From the IMG/VR virus record IMGVR_UViG_3300032218_002221, positions 1-44,070 of that record: a stretch of DNA of 44,070 bases; one strand, given 5' to 3'. This DNA is from a virus. Taxonomy: Duplodnaviria; Caudoviricetes. Position numbers and translations under genes: made by a program. Positions 1 to 8,208 of the stretch are shown here, piece after piece (position 1 is the first letter of the stretch; each line of letters opens with the position of its first letter). Under the pieces are notes generated by a model. That model was not told where the DNA came from, made no database searches, and worked only from the letters and a program-made list of their open reading frames with translations.

Positions 1-70
1 CTCTATTCAAAAACAAATAACCTATCATAAGACCATACCAAACAACAATAATAATATCTAATATTTCCAT
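1..70 (-). CDS. small membrane protein, partial (runs off the window edge)
   Basis: Read manually. ATG at 70-68 directly follows the stop of ORF 71-322. Translation MEILDIIIVVWYGLMIGYLFLNR... is hydrophobic. Confidence 0.55.
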   Translation of the reverse strand, partial: MEILDIIIVVWYGLMIGYLFLNR

Positions 71-322
71 CTATTTGTCCAGTAAATCTTTTACAACATC
101 ATACCAATAGATACCACTATCTCTTAATTTATCGTTGGAGTTTCTTAATTTTTCCATACCACGTTTAAATTTATATAACTGACCTCTTTTCAATACATCT
201 AAATCTTCTATAAATGTTATAATCTCATCTATATGAGGACAAGTAAAATCAGGTATCTTTGGTGCCTTTTTCTTTAGTATCTTTAAACTTGGTTTTCTTT
301 TTTTAAATCTAAAACCTAGCAT
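71..322 (-). CDS. hypothetical phage protein, 83 aa
   Basis: Intact ORF with an AGGAGG Shine-Dalgarno just upstream. Basic N-terminus and PDFTCPHID motif. Confidence 0.75.
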   Translation of the reverse strand: MLGFRFKKRKPSLKILKKKAPKIPDFTCPHIDEIITFIEDLDVLKRGQLYKFKRGMEKLRNSNDKLRDSGIYWYDVVKDLLDK

Positions 323-476
323 GTTTCCTCCTAATTTTTCTTGCTAACAATTTTAATTTTTTTAGTCTTTTAAGTCTTTTCATATAACGTTTTGAATAAC
401 AATAGATTGAAAGATATATCCAACCAAGAAATGAAAATATAACACCAAGAATAATAAACAGAGCGTATTGTTTCAT
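309..476 (-). CDS. small membrane protein, 55 aa (not in ORF track)
   Basis: MKQYALFIILGVIFSFLGWIYLSIYCYSKRYMKRLKRLKKLKLLARKIRRKHARF. TAATG overlap with the upstream gene. One TM helix plus a basic tail. Confidence 0.65.
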   Translation of the reverse strand: MKQYALFIILGVIFSFLGWIYLSIYCYSKRYMKRLKRLKKLKLLARKIRRKHARF

Positions 477-811
477 TATGCTGGTTCTCCTTTATATTTT
501 TTAAGATTAAATGTTCTACCTACCATACAACTTTCTTTATTATCTAAAGTTGTAAGTAATATTATAGATTCTGTTTTTTTCTTATTAAGATAATATTCTA
601 CTACTAATAATGGGGTACCATTATCGTCTTGCTCTTCTTTTAAAAGACTAACACTTTGTAATTCAAAATTATAATCTTTTAAATATTCTTCCATTTTATC
701 TTTGGAAGTACACACTACTGGATATTGTAATATTTTAAAATCGGGTTCTATTGTATAAGCAGTTTTTGCAAATAGTAGTATAATAAAGCAAAGAAATAGT
801 TTTCTTGCCAT
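476..811 (-). CDS. hypothetical protein with signal peptide (likely start MARKLFL, rather than TTG at 832)
   Basis: Hydrophobic N-terminus with an AxA-like cleavage site. Two mature-region Cys (YPVVC...SCMV). Purine-rich AAGGGA upstream of the ATG. Confidence 0.7.
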   Translation of the reverse strand: MARKLFLCFIILLFAKTAYTIEPDFKILQYPVVCTSKDKMEEYLKDYNFELQSVSLLKEEQDDNGTPLLVVEYYLNKKKTESIILLTTLDNKESCMVGRTFNLKKYKGEPA

Positions 812-834
812 TAGTTCCCTTTGTTGTGTCAAGG

Positions 835-856
835 GGTGCCTAGTTACCTAGGCACC
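835..856 (-). terminator. GC-rich hairpin GGTGCCTAG-GTAA-CTAGGCACC (terminator or RNA-stability element)
   Basis: Perfect 9-bp stem with a GNRA tetraloop on the minus strand, just downstream of the 874-1026 stop. The U-tract is weak. Confidence 0.45.
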
Positions 857-873
857 TGAAATATAGATTGTTA

Positions 874-1026
874 TTATTCTTCGTCTGTCTCGTCTATTTC
901 TTCTTCTTCATACGAAACACCGATCTTATCTTCTAAGTCGTATAATAAGTCGTCAATTTCAGATTGTTTTTCTTTTATAGATTCAATGATATCTTCAGGA
1001 GTTACTGTTTTCTTTTTTTTAACCAT
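874..1026 (-). CDS. small acidic protein, 50 aa (not in ORF track)
   Basis: MVKKKKTVTPEDIIESIKEKQSEIDDLLYDLEDKIGVSYEEEEIDETDEE. AGGAG SD upstream and tandem TAA TAA stops. Confidence 0.75.
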   Translation of the reverse strand: MVKKKKTVTPEDIIESIKEKQSEIDDLLYDLEDKIGVSYEEEEIDETDEE

Positions 1027-1052
1027 ACACACTCCTATGTTGTTGGTGATAT

Positions 1053-1064
1053 TATTTATAAATA
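1053..1064. promoter_or_regulatory. overlapping divergent T4-type late promoters (TATTTATAAATA)
   Basis: TATAAATA on + (1057-1064) and on - (1060-1053), between divergent genes starting at 1026 and 1078. Confidence 0.7.
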
Positions 1065-1077
1065 TACATAACCTATT

Positions 1078-1680
1078 ATGGCATATAATCGCACAACATT
1101 AAAAAATTCTTTTATACCTAGTTTACGAGGGGAAGAGATTAACATCAGAAAACAAATTAATATTGAAAATTTAAAAATTCAGAATGAATTAAATAATTTA
1201 AATTCATTAAAAGTCAATATTAGTGATTTAAATACTGCAATAGATACTAAATTAAGTTCGGGTATATCTGCAATTCCAACTCCTCAATTAAATAACACCT
1301 ATGATATAGGAACTACTTCAAAAAAATTTAAAGATTTGTATCTATCGGGTAAAATATATTTAGGAACTTTTAACATTGGAACTACGTTAACAGGATTTGA
1401 TTTTGATAATCAAAGTTTAGTTGCAGGTGCAACGTCTGTTCAATCATTGGCTTCAGGTGGTGCAATATCAGGAACTACTATTGGAGGAACTACTATTACA
1501 GCGTCATCAGGATTTAGTGGTAATATAACAGGTAATGTAACAGGTAACGTATCAGGAAATTTAAATGGTAACGTAACAGCAACAACAGTAAGTACATCAA
1601 CTTTAACTGCTAACAGTGTTACAGTTGCAGGATTAGATATTAATAATTTTGCAATAGCAATGTCCACTGCACTATCATAA
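1078..1680 (+). CDS. short tail-fibre-like virion protein
   Basis: Coiled-coil N-terminus, YDIGTTSKKFKDLYLSG fibre motif, GNVT repeats and C-terminal AIAMSTALS. Confidence 0.7.
   Translation: MAYNRTTLKNSFIPSLRGEEINIRKQINIENLKIQNELNNLNSLKVNISDLNTAIDTKLSSGISAIPTPQLNNTYDIGTTSKKFKDLYLSGKIYLGTFNIGTTLTGFDFDNQSLVAGATSVQSLASGGAISGTTIGGTTITASSGFSGNITGNVTGNVSGNLNGNVTATTVSTSTLTANSVTVAGLDINNFAIAMSTALS
1519..1578 (+). repeat. five degenerate 12-nt tandem repeats encoding GN(I/V/L)(T/S/N)
   Basis: ggtaatataaca ggtaatgtaaca ggtaacgtatca ggaaatttaaat ggtaacgtaaca. Confidence 0.8.
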
Positions 1681-1699
1681 ATAGAGAATAAGGAATTAA

Positions 1700-4600
1700 A
1701 TGGCAAAAACGCAGATAAGACAATACAGTTTTACTCCAGGTGTATCAGGATCTGGTATTATAAAATTTCCAGGTAAAATTGATTTAAGTCAACTACTACT
1801 TATTACTAACGTAACAAGAAATACAATATTATATAATTTTGCCGATTCATCTTTTTCAGGTACAGTACTTAATTTTAGCAGAGCAAACGAATCAGCATTT
1901 CCTACAGCCTTAGATAATACAGATGGAGTAACTTATGTTTACTTACAAAAAAATACTTCATCAATGCAATCAACTGATCAAATACAAATTTTTATAGATC
2001 AAAAAGAAACAATTGTACGTCCTTGGGATATGGGTACAGATGCTTTTGAACGTATGCGTGTTGCAACACCTACATCAATGTTGGATGCTGACTTTGAATA
2101 TGGATTGCAACCTACGAAGTGGCAAGTTATTGATATCGTAAGAGGTTATCCAAGTTTATATGAAGTTCCAGGAACAGATATATTAGTTACAAGTGTAACA
2201 ACAGATGCTTCTGTAGGTACTGCTGGTGGTACTGGTGCAAGTTTAATGTCTGTAACAACACAAACTGCTCACGGAATTACAGTAGGAACTCCAATAACTA
2301 TTAAAGGTTTATTAAATACTATTTTAGGATTTTCTCGTGCAGAAGGAACTTTTATAGTAAACACTGTTCCTGATACAACAAGTTTTACATATTATTCAAA
2401 AGCAAAAGTAGGAACTGCAAATGGACAACAAGTTGCTTCAACTTATACACAATTGAGAAAAGGAAACTTTTACACAAGTTCAGCAATCAATCAAGCAACA
2501 TTCTCAATTTCAGCATCCAATCCTGCAGTAATAACAGTTACGTTTGCAAATGCTCATGGATTAGTTCCAGGTATGGGTATTACTGTTGTTATAACTTCAG
2601 ATGATGCAATTATAGGAGGAACTAATAATCATTCTCTTGCAACAGGTCCATATTATGTTGAATCTGTTCCATCTCCAACAACACTCACTTATACTGCTAG
2701 AGCAAATGGAGTGATTACAGGAACACCCCTTGGTGTTGTTTATACTAGACCAGATTGTTTTTATACTCATAGAGCAGTTGATGGAGGAGTTCAATTAGGA
2801 ACAGGTGGACCTGGATATGGTTCAACAGCAATACGTCAAAGTAAAAAATATATTAGATATCAATCAGGTAAAGCAGTTAATTATAATACTGGTGCATTAT
2901 TTGCTCCAAGTCAAGATATTAGATCAATTACTTCTACTGGAACAGCTATTGGAAGTACAATCACAATTACAACTGATGATACAGATCATGGTTGTCAAGT
3001 AGGAGCACAAATTACAGTAAGTGGTGTTATAACTTCAGGATATAATGGAACTTATACTGTAACAAGTATAATTGATGAACGTAATTTAAATGTAATAGCA
3101 AATCAAGTATTGGCTGCAACATCAGGAGCTTTAGATTCTCCATGTAATTTTACTCCTATTAAATGGCATGGTGCTATCGTAAGAGCAGGAACTTTTGATG
3201 ATCAAAATGGTGTATTTTGGTTATATGATGGAAATCAATTTGGTGTTGCAAGAAGATCAGCAACATTTCAATTAGCAGGATTTATTACAGCAACTCCAGA
3301 TTCAAACAATATAGTAGGATCAAATACAAGATTTACAGAACAACTTTTAGTTGGAGATAAAGTTGTAATTAGAGGTATGACACATACGGTTACAAACATT
3401 ACTAATAATTTTAATATGACTGTTAATCCAGATTTTAGAGGTGCAACTCAACAGACTGGTGTTAAAATGGCAAAAGTAAATGATAAAATTATTATGCAAA
3501 ATCAGTGGAATGTAGATCGTTGCGATGGTACAAATAGTGTTTATAATCCTAGTGGTTATTTACTTGATCCTTCTAAAATGCAAATGATAGGAATTCAATG
3601 GACATGGTATGGTGCAGGATTTATTGATTTTATGTTAAGAGGTCCAGAAGGTAAATATATTACAGTACATAGAATAAAAAATTCAAACGTAAATAGAGAA
3701 GCATACATGCGTTCTGGTAACCAACCGGTACGTTATGAAGTTACAAATGAAAGTTATAAAACAAATTTAACTTCAGCAATTGATGCTTCTGTTACAACTT
3801 TACCTGTCGCAGATACAACAAACTTTCCTACAGCAGGAACGGTTTATGTGGAAGGAGAATTGATATCTTATACAGGAGTTACATCAACAACATTAACAGG
3901 TTGCACTAGATCAGCACCATTAACACAATTTGTTGCAGGAACAACACGTTCATTCTTAGGTACAGCAGCAACAACACACCCTATAAGATCAGGAGTGCTT
4001 TTAGTTTCTCAAACTGCAACTCCTATTATTAGTCATTGGGGTTCTGCATTTTTAACTGATGGAGGATTTGATCAAGATAGAGGTTATATTTTTAACTATC
4101 AAGCTACAAACGTTAACATTAGTACAAAAAAAACTACTGCGTTTGCAATTCGTTTAGCACCAAGTGTATCTAATGCTATCACCGGTGATTTAGGAACAAG
4201 AGAATTAATTAATAGAGCTCAATTATTATTATCAGGTCTTGAAATTACAGCAGGTGGTAGTTCAAATTTAAACTCAGCACTTGTAATTGAGGGTGTATTA
4301 AATCCTTCAAACTATCCTTCAACTGTAACTAACATTACTTGGAACAGTTTAAATTCTCCTGCTATTCCTACAGGACAACCAAGTTTTTCTCAAATTTCCT
4401 TAGGTACCTCAGTTACATTTGATAATCAGTTTAATTTAACAACAACAACATCAGGTGCTTCACTTGGAGCAACAACTATTCCGGTAGCAAGTACAATAGG
4501 TATTGCAGTTGGAGATGACGTATTCTCTACATCAGTAACAAATGCTTTTGCTGGTAACGTTAAAGTAGTAAGTTTTATTCCAAATAATAGTATAACAATA

Positions 4601-4879
4601 AGTTCAGGTTTGTCTGCTGCTTTATTAAATGGTAATTTAATTACTATTAGTAGATCAACTTATGCTTTACCGGGAGAAACAATTTTCTCATTCATTGCAG
4701 GTCAATCATCACGAGACGGTTTGGATCTTTCATCTTTAAAAGAATTAACTAATACTCCACTTGGAGGAAGAGGAACATTTCCAAATGGTCCAGATACATT
4801 ATTCATAAACGTTTATTTGACGCAAGGTTCTCCAATCAACTCAAATCTAGTTTTACGTTGGGGTGAAGCTCAAGCTTAA
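1700..4879 (+). CDS. large virion structural protein, 1059 aa (aquatic T4-like phage type)
   Basis: Thr/Gly/Ser-rich beta-sandwich repeats (TxxxHGxxxGxxITIxG). DADFEYGLQPTKW and WYGAG motifs. AAGGA SD upstream. Confidence 0.75.
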   Translation: MAKTQIRQYSFTPGVSGSGIIKFPGKIDLSQLLLITNVTRNTILYNFADSSFSGTVLNFSRANESAFPTALDNTDGVTYVYLQKNTSSMQSTDQIQIFIDQKETIVRPWDMGTDAFERMRVATPTSMLDADFEYGLQPTKWQVIDIVRGYPSLYEVPGTDILVTSVTTDASVGTAGGTGASLMSVTTQTAHGITVGTPITIKGLLNTILGFSRAEGTFIVNTVPDTTSFTYYSKAKVGTANGQQVASTYTQLRKGNFYTSSAINQATFSISASNPAVITVTFANAHGLVPGMGITVVITSDDAIIGGTNNHSLATGPYYVESVPSPTTLTYTARANGVITGTPLGVVYTRPDCFYTHRAVDGGVQLGTGGPGYGSTAIRQSKKYIRYQSGKAVNYNTGALFAPSQDIRSITSTGTAIGSTITITTDDTDHGCQVGAQITVSGVITSGYNGTYTVTSIIDERNLNVIANQVLAATSGALDSPCNFTPIKWHGAIVRAGTFDDQNGVFWLYDGNQFGVARRSATFQLAGFITATPDSNNIVGSNTRFTEQLLVGDKVVIRGMTHTVTNITNNFNMTVNPDFRGATQQTGVKMAKVNDKIIMQNQWNVDRCDGTNSVYNPSGYLLDPSKMQMIGIQWTWYGAGFIDFMLRGPEGKYITVHRIKNSNVNREAYMRSGNQPVRYEVTNESYKTNLTSAIDASVTTLPVADTTNFPTAGTVYVEGELISYTGVTSTTLTGCTRSAPLTQFVAGTTRSFLGTAATTHPIRSGVLLVSQTATPIISHWGSAFLTDGGFDQDRGYIFNYQATNVNISTKKTTAFAIRLAPSVSNAITGDLGTRELINRAQLLLSGLEITAGGSSNLNSALVIEGVLNPSNYPSTVTNITWNSLNSPAIPTGQPSFSQISLGTSVTFDNQFNLTTTTSGASLGATTIPVASTIGIAVGDDVFSTSVTNAFAGNVKVVSFIPNNSITISSGLSAALLNGNLITISRSTYALPGETIFSFIAGQSSRDGLDLSSLKELTNTPLGGRGTFPNGPDTLFINVYLTQGSPINSNLVLRWGEAQA

Positions 4880-4881
4880 TA

Positions 4882-6621
4882 TTAGAAATTCTGTCTAAAT
4901 CCTATTAGAAAATTTCTACCCAATTGAGAATAACCATCTGGTCTTTGATAAGTTTTATCGGTAATATTATTTAATTTACCATAAAGAATTGTATTACCTA
5001 AAGTGTAATCAGCACTTAAATCAAATGTACTTACAGCAGGCATAATTTTATTATTATAAGTTACGCTATCAACATCTATATGAGAACCATAATAATTCCA
5101 ATTTGCTTTTAAAGATGTATTTTGAATTTTATTATATGATGCTTCTAAATTGTTTACCCATTTAGGACGTCTTACTAATTCATTACCCGAACTATCTTCA
5201 GCAATTAAAAATGTATTTGAGTTTTTAAAATCTATAACAGATATATTATAATTTAATTTTGTTTCAATACCTTTTCTTGTACTTATTCCAGTATCATTTA
5301 CATAGGTGTTGTTTTTATAAACAAATAAATGTTTTATATCACTTTGAAATAGTGCAATGTCTATAATTTTGTTTTTGTAACCTACTTCGTATGTAATACT
5401 TTCTTCTGGTATCAATTTTGAATTACCTAAAAATCCATAATTGTCTTTACCGTACATTTCATACAACGTAGGCATTTTATAACCTGTTGATACACTTGTT
5501 CTAAATCCATTATAGTATGCACCAACTCTTTCAGTTAATTGATTATCAAAATTACTAGGCATATCATAACGGCCACCTGCTGTTACAAAAAAATCATCAG
5601 ATAAAAATTTGATTGCATTAGTATAATAGGCATGATTTTCTCTTTTTTTATCTACTGAAGAAACATAATCATCTATGTTAGTATCAAATTTACCATGAGT
5701 GAATGTATGTTCTGAACCTACACTAATATCAGCAAACGTATGAATAGTTGTTTTGGTTAATAATGTTTTGTTATTACTATCGTAAGTATCTTTAACACCA
5801 TTTTTATTATAATCTCTATTATGATCGGTATTATTAATCGTTAATTCATTATCTTTATTTTGTAATGATAGATATTGATTTGAAAATTTATATAAACCTG
5901 TATAGTTACGAGTATCTTCTCCTAAGCCATCTAAATTAGTATGATTAGTTTGATTTATAAAATTTGATTTTAAATAGTAACCACTATCTAATAGTGATTG
6001 AGTTTGAAATGTATAGTTTCTAAAATGATATGGATCTTTTTCAGAACCATTAGGATGGACACTTATATTTTTACTACTTTCATTTTCACCTTGAAAATCT
6101 ATTATAGTTTTGCCTATTGTTTGTCCTAATTTAATTTTTTCATTCCATGTATTATTAGAACCGTAAGATAGATCAATCCAATTTTTATCATTTGGTTGTG
6201 TTACCATATTAACAACTCCACCAATTGCATCTGGCCCATAAACACTACTCATTGGGCCTTTAATAATTTCTAATGATGAAACTCCAGCAAAACTATGTTG
6301 AGTTAGATCATCGCTGCCTGTAGGTGTACTAGCATCTTTAATAGGAATACCGTTTAAAGTAAATAATGTATGATTTGAATTTGTACCACGAGTAAAGGTA
6401 CTACTAAATTGTTGTTTAGGTCCGCTTTGAATTATATTTAAACTTGATGATGACTTTATATCATTTGGTTCTATAACGTCATAAGAATATGTTAATGGAA
6501 GATGTTCCTCCGCCGTTCTAAATGCTTGTATTGTAATTTGTGGAATATTTTCGTAAGTGTATTGTGAATACGAAGTATTAGTTACTAATATGAATAATAG
6601 TAATTTAATGAATAAGCGCAT
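4882..6621 (-). CDS. btuB: TonB-dependent outer-membrane receptor, BtuB (cobalamin)-like
   Basis: Signal peptide. Plug motifs TRGTNSNHTLFTLNGIPI and LEIIKGPMSSVYGPDAIGGVVNMVT. Barrel motifs GYKMPTLYEMYG and GNSKLIPEESITYEVG. C-terminus NNITDKTY...GRNFLIGFRQNF ends in Phe. Substrate is inferred. Confidence 0.85.
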   Translation of the reverse strand: MRLFIKLLLFILVTNTSYSQYTYENIPQITIQAFRTAEEHLPLTYSYDVIEPNDIKSSSSLNIIQSGPKQQFSSTFTRGTNSNHTLFTLNGIPIKDASTPTGSDDLTQHSFAGVSSLEIIKGPMSSVYGPDAIGGVVNMVTQPNDKNWIDLSYGSNNTWNEKIKLGQTIGKTIIDFQGENESSKNISVHPNGSEKDPYHFRNYTFQTQSLLDSGYYLKSNFINQTNHTNLDGLGEDTRNYTGLYKFSNQYLSLQNKDNELTINNTDHNRDYNKNGVKDTYDSNNKTLLTKTTIHTFADISVGSEHTFTHGKFDTNIDDYVSSVDKKRENHAYYTNAIKFLSDDFFVTAGGRYDMPSNFDNQLTERVGAYYNGFRTSVSTGYKMPTLYEMYGKDNYGFLGNSKLIPEESITYEVGYKNKIIDIALFQSDIKHLFVYKNNTYVNDTGISTRKGIETKLNYNISVIDFKNSNTFLIAEDSSGNELVRRPKWVNNLEASYNKIQNTSLKANWNYYGSHIDVDSVTYNNKIMPAVSTFDLSADYTLGNTILYGKLNNITDKTYQRPDGYSQLGRNFLIGFRQNF

Positions 6622-6715
6622 AGGCCAAACACCATAACTCTAGGCCTAGTTTGTATAATAAAAATGCAATTACAGGCGCTAATAATAAACTCAAATAAAG
6701 ATATTTCTCTTCCAT
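6605..6715 (-). CDS. small hydrophobic peptide, 36 aa (not in ORF track)
   Basis: MEEKYLYLSLLLAPVIAFLLYKLGLELWCLAYALIH. Overlaps the receptor start and follows an AATAAATA box. Confidence 0.55.
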   Translation of the reverse strand: MEEKYLYLSLLLAPVIAFLLYKLGLELWCLAYALIH

Positions 6716-6720
6716 ATCTT

Positions 6721-6728
6721 TATTTATT
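6721..6728 (-). promoter_or_regulatory. possible late promoter variant AATAAATA for the btuB-like unit
   Basis: TATTTATT on +, lying in the short intergenic gap 5 nt before the ATG at 6715. Confidence 0.4.
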
Positions 6729-6731
6729 CTA

Positions 6732-6878
6732 TCAGGAATTGTTTAAATTGTCAACCTCTTTACACCAATCTTCAATTTCTTCTTTTAAAATAACGTTTGA
6801 ATAACCTTTATACTTAACAAGATAACATTTACCCCAATAACCAATATAATTAATATCAATAATTTCTGGTTTATCCAT
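6732..6878 (-). CDS. hypothetical protein, 48 aa (not in ORF track)
   Basis: MDKPEIIDINYIGYWGKCYLVKYKGYSNVILKEEIEDWCKEVDNLNNS. 8-nt overlap with the upstream gene, tiling the region. Confidence 0.6.
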   Translation of the reverse strand: MDKPEIIDINYIGYWGKCYLVKYKGYSNVILKEEIEDWCKEVDNLNNS

Positions 6879-7095
6879 AGATATGATACAATAAAGCAAC
6901 AGTACTTACAACAACTAATACTCCGTTTGTAATAATTAATGCTGGTTCTTTCCACATAATGCTTACGATTAACCAAATAAAACTACCTGTAATAATAACA
7001 ATAGGTCCTAGTGGATAAATCCCTAGTGAATTTATACCACTACCTATAATTAAAATTACTGTAGCAATCCATTTTAATAAAATATCTAATTTCAT
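6871..7095 (-). CDS. small integral membrane protein with about 3 TM helices
   Basis: Almost entirely hydrophobic (LKWIATVILIIG...YPLGP...WKEPALIITN). ATGA overlap with the upstream gene. Confidence 0.75.
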   Translation of the reverse strand: MKLDILLKWIATVILIIGSGINSLGIYPLGPIVIITGSFIWLIVSIMWKEPALIITNGVLVVVSTVALLYHIYG

Positions 7096-7220
7096 ATTTT
7101 CATTTGTTCATAAATTCCCATAAATTTTGCCAAATAATAGAAACCATACATTGAAGCATAAACAGCAACTATGAATAGGCCTGCATAAACTAGAGATTTT
7201 ATATCATCTTTATTAAACAT
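7092..7220 (-). CDS. small membrane protein, 42 aa (not in ORF track)
   Basis: MFNKDDIKSLVYAGLFIVAVYASMYGFYYLAKFMGIYEQMKI. AAAGGAG SD upstream. Confidence 0.7.
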   Translation of the reverse strand: MFNKDDIKSLVYAGLFIVAVYASMYGFYYLAKFMGIYEQMKI

Positions 7221-7221
7221 A

Positions 7222-7362
7222 TTAGTTAACTCCTTTCACAACTACTAAATTTTCATTTTCTTTTTGTCTTTTAAGAAATTGAATGTAGTTTTTTCCGTCT
7301 TTTGTTTTTAAATACATTTTTGTATCTTTTTTTATTTCTTTTATTAGTTGTTTTAAGTTCAT
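7222..7362 (-). CDS. small basic hypothetical protein, 46 aa (start revised to ATG at 7362)
   Basis: MNLKQLIKEIKKDTKMYLKTKDGKNYIQFLKRQKENENLVVVKGVN. The longer ORF-track start would run through the promoter. Confidence 0.6.
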   Translation of the reverse strand: MNLKQLIKEIKKDTKMYLKTKDGKNYIQFLKRQKENENLVVVKGVN

Positions 7363-7368
7363 ATAGCT

Positions 7369-7397
7369 ATAATATACTATAAAATGGATTAAATCAA
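7369..7397 (-). promoter_or_regulatory. sigma70-like early promoter TTGATT-N17-TATTAT, probably giving a leaderless mRNA
   Basis: -35 at 7397-7392 and -10 at 7374-7369. The ATG begins after a 6-nt gap with no SD. Confidence 0.55.
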
Positions 7398-7483
7398 GGG
7401 TTATTTTGGTTATTTTCAAAGAAATAGGATAATAAAATCAATGACTTAACACTGTTGCAAAAATACAACACCAAAAAAATTCT

Positions 7484-7491
7484 TATAAATA
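7484..7491 (+). promoter_or_regulatory. T4-type late promoter TATAAATA
   Basis: Exact consensus, intergenic, at the head of the structural operon. Confidence 0.75.
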
Positions 7492-7498
7492 GTAAAAT

Positions 7499-7636
7499 AT
7501 GATTGATTTTGATAAAATTGACGATTTATCATTTATGATTGATGATTCGGAACAAAAAAAACTAAAAAAAGCAAAAAAAAATGGCAAGAAAAGTAGCAGG
7601 AAATACAAATTCATCAAAAAGCGAAAGAAAACCTAA
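7499..7636 (+). CDS. small hypothetical protein, 45 aa (acidic N-half, Lys-rich C-half)
   Basis: MIDFDKIDDLSFMIDDSEQKKLKKAKKNGKKSSRKYKFIKKRKKT. ATG is 7 nt after the late promoter. Overlaps the next ORF by 56 nt. Confidence 0.4.
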   Translation: MIDFDKIDDLSFMIDDSEQKKLKKAKKNGKKSSRKYKFIKKRKKT

Positions 7637-7730
7637 AAGAACAAGCATTGGACGTGGTTATTTAAGTTCTTCAATGATGAATAAACATAAAAGAAGAAGT
7701 TTTAAGGCTTATAGAGGCCAAGGAAGATAA
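7581..7730 (+). CDS. small basic protein ending YRGQGR, 49 aa (not in ORF track)
   Basis: MARKVAGNTNSSKSERKPKRTSIGRGYLSSSMMNKHKRRSFKAYRGQGR. Resembles a small protein I recall next to PAAR/gp25 in aquatic T4-like phages. Confidence 0.75.
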   Translation: MARKVAGNTNSSKSERKPKRTSIGRGYLSSSMMNKHKRRSFKAYRGQGR

Positions 7731-7738
7731 AAAAATAA

Positions 7739-8029
7739 ATGCCAGGTATTGTTAGAGTAGATTTGGATAAACATATTGGACATGCCAAGGCAAAAACTCC
7801 ATATCATCAAACTGCTTACAAAACAGGATCAGAAAATGTATTTGTAAATGGAAAAAAAGCAGTCAGAATAGGCGATAAAACTGCATGTAACGATATAGCG
7901 TTAGAAGGAAGCACTACAGTATTTGTAAATGGTATAGGAGTTCATAGAAAAGATGATGCAACCGCAGGTCATAATGGTTGGGTAGCAAATAAAGCTGCAA
8001 CAGGTTCAATAAACGTAATAACAGGATAA
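7739..8029 (+). CDS. PAAR-domain spike tip protein (T4 gp5.4-like)
   Basis: GSENVFVNGKKAVRIGD and GSTTVFVNGIGVHRKDD repeats, His/Cys metal ligands, 96 aa. Confidence 0.9.
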   Translation: MPGIVRVDLDKHIGHAKAKTPYHQTAYKTGSENVFVNGKKAVRIGDKTACNDIALEGSTTVFVNGIGVHRKDDATAGHNGWVANKAATGSINVITG

Positions 8030-8031
8030 AG

Positions 8032-8208
8032 ATGGCAATATTAGATTCATCTGGTTATACATTTACAAGTCAACCTACTAAAGCAGAAACAGAACGTTTT
8101 GAATATGCTGCTTTTGGTTACTTTGACCAAAATCCAGGCATAGTTGGTAACACATATAAAAGTTATATTGGTATTTACTATAATGATAATGGAGATAAAA
8201 CAGATTAA
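8032..8208 (+). CDS. hypothetical protein, 58 aa (not in ORF track)
   Basis: MAILDSSGYTFTSQPTKAETERFEYAAFGYFDQNPGIVGNTYKSYIGIYYNDNGDKTD. Fills the gap exactly, with a TAATG overlap to the next gene. Confidence 0.7.
   Translation: MAILDSSGYTFTSQPTKAETERFEYAAFGYFDQNPGIVGNTYKSYIGIYYNDNGDKTD

Noticed and set aside
6622-6780. Cobalamin riboswitch upstream of the btuB-like gene
   Set aside because: The region is filled by small ORFs and lacks recognisable B12-box or GC-rich stems.
6785-6976. ORF-track 63-aa minus-strand ORF
   Set aside because: It overlaps 6871-7095 heavily. The alternative 6732-6878 tiles the region better.
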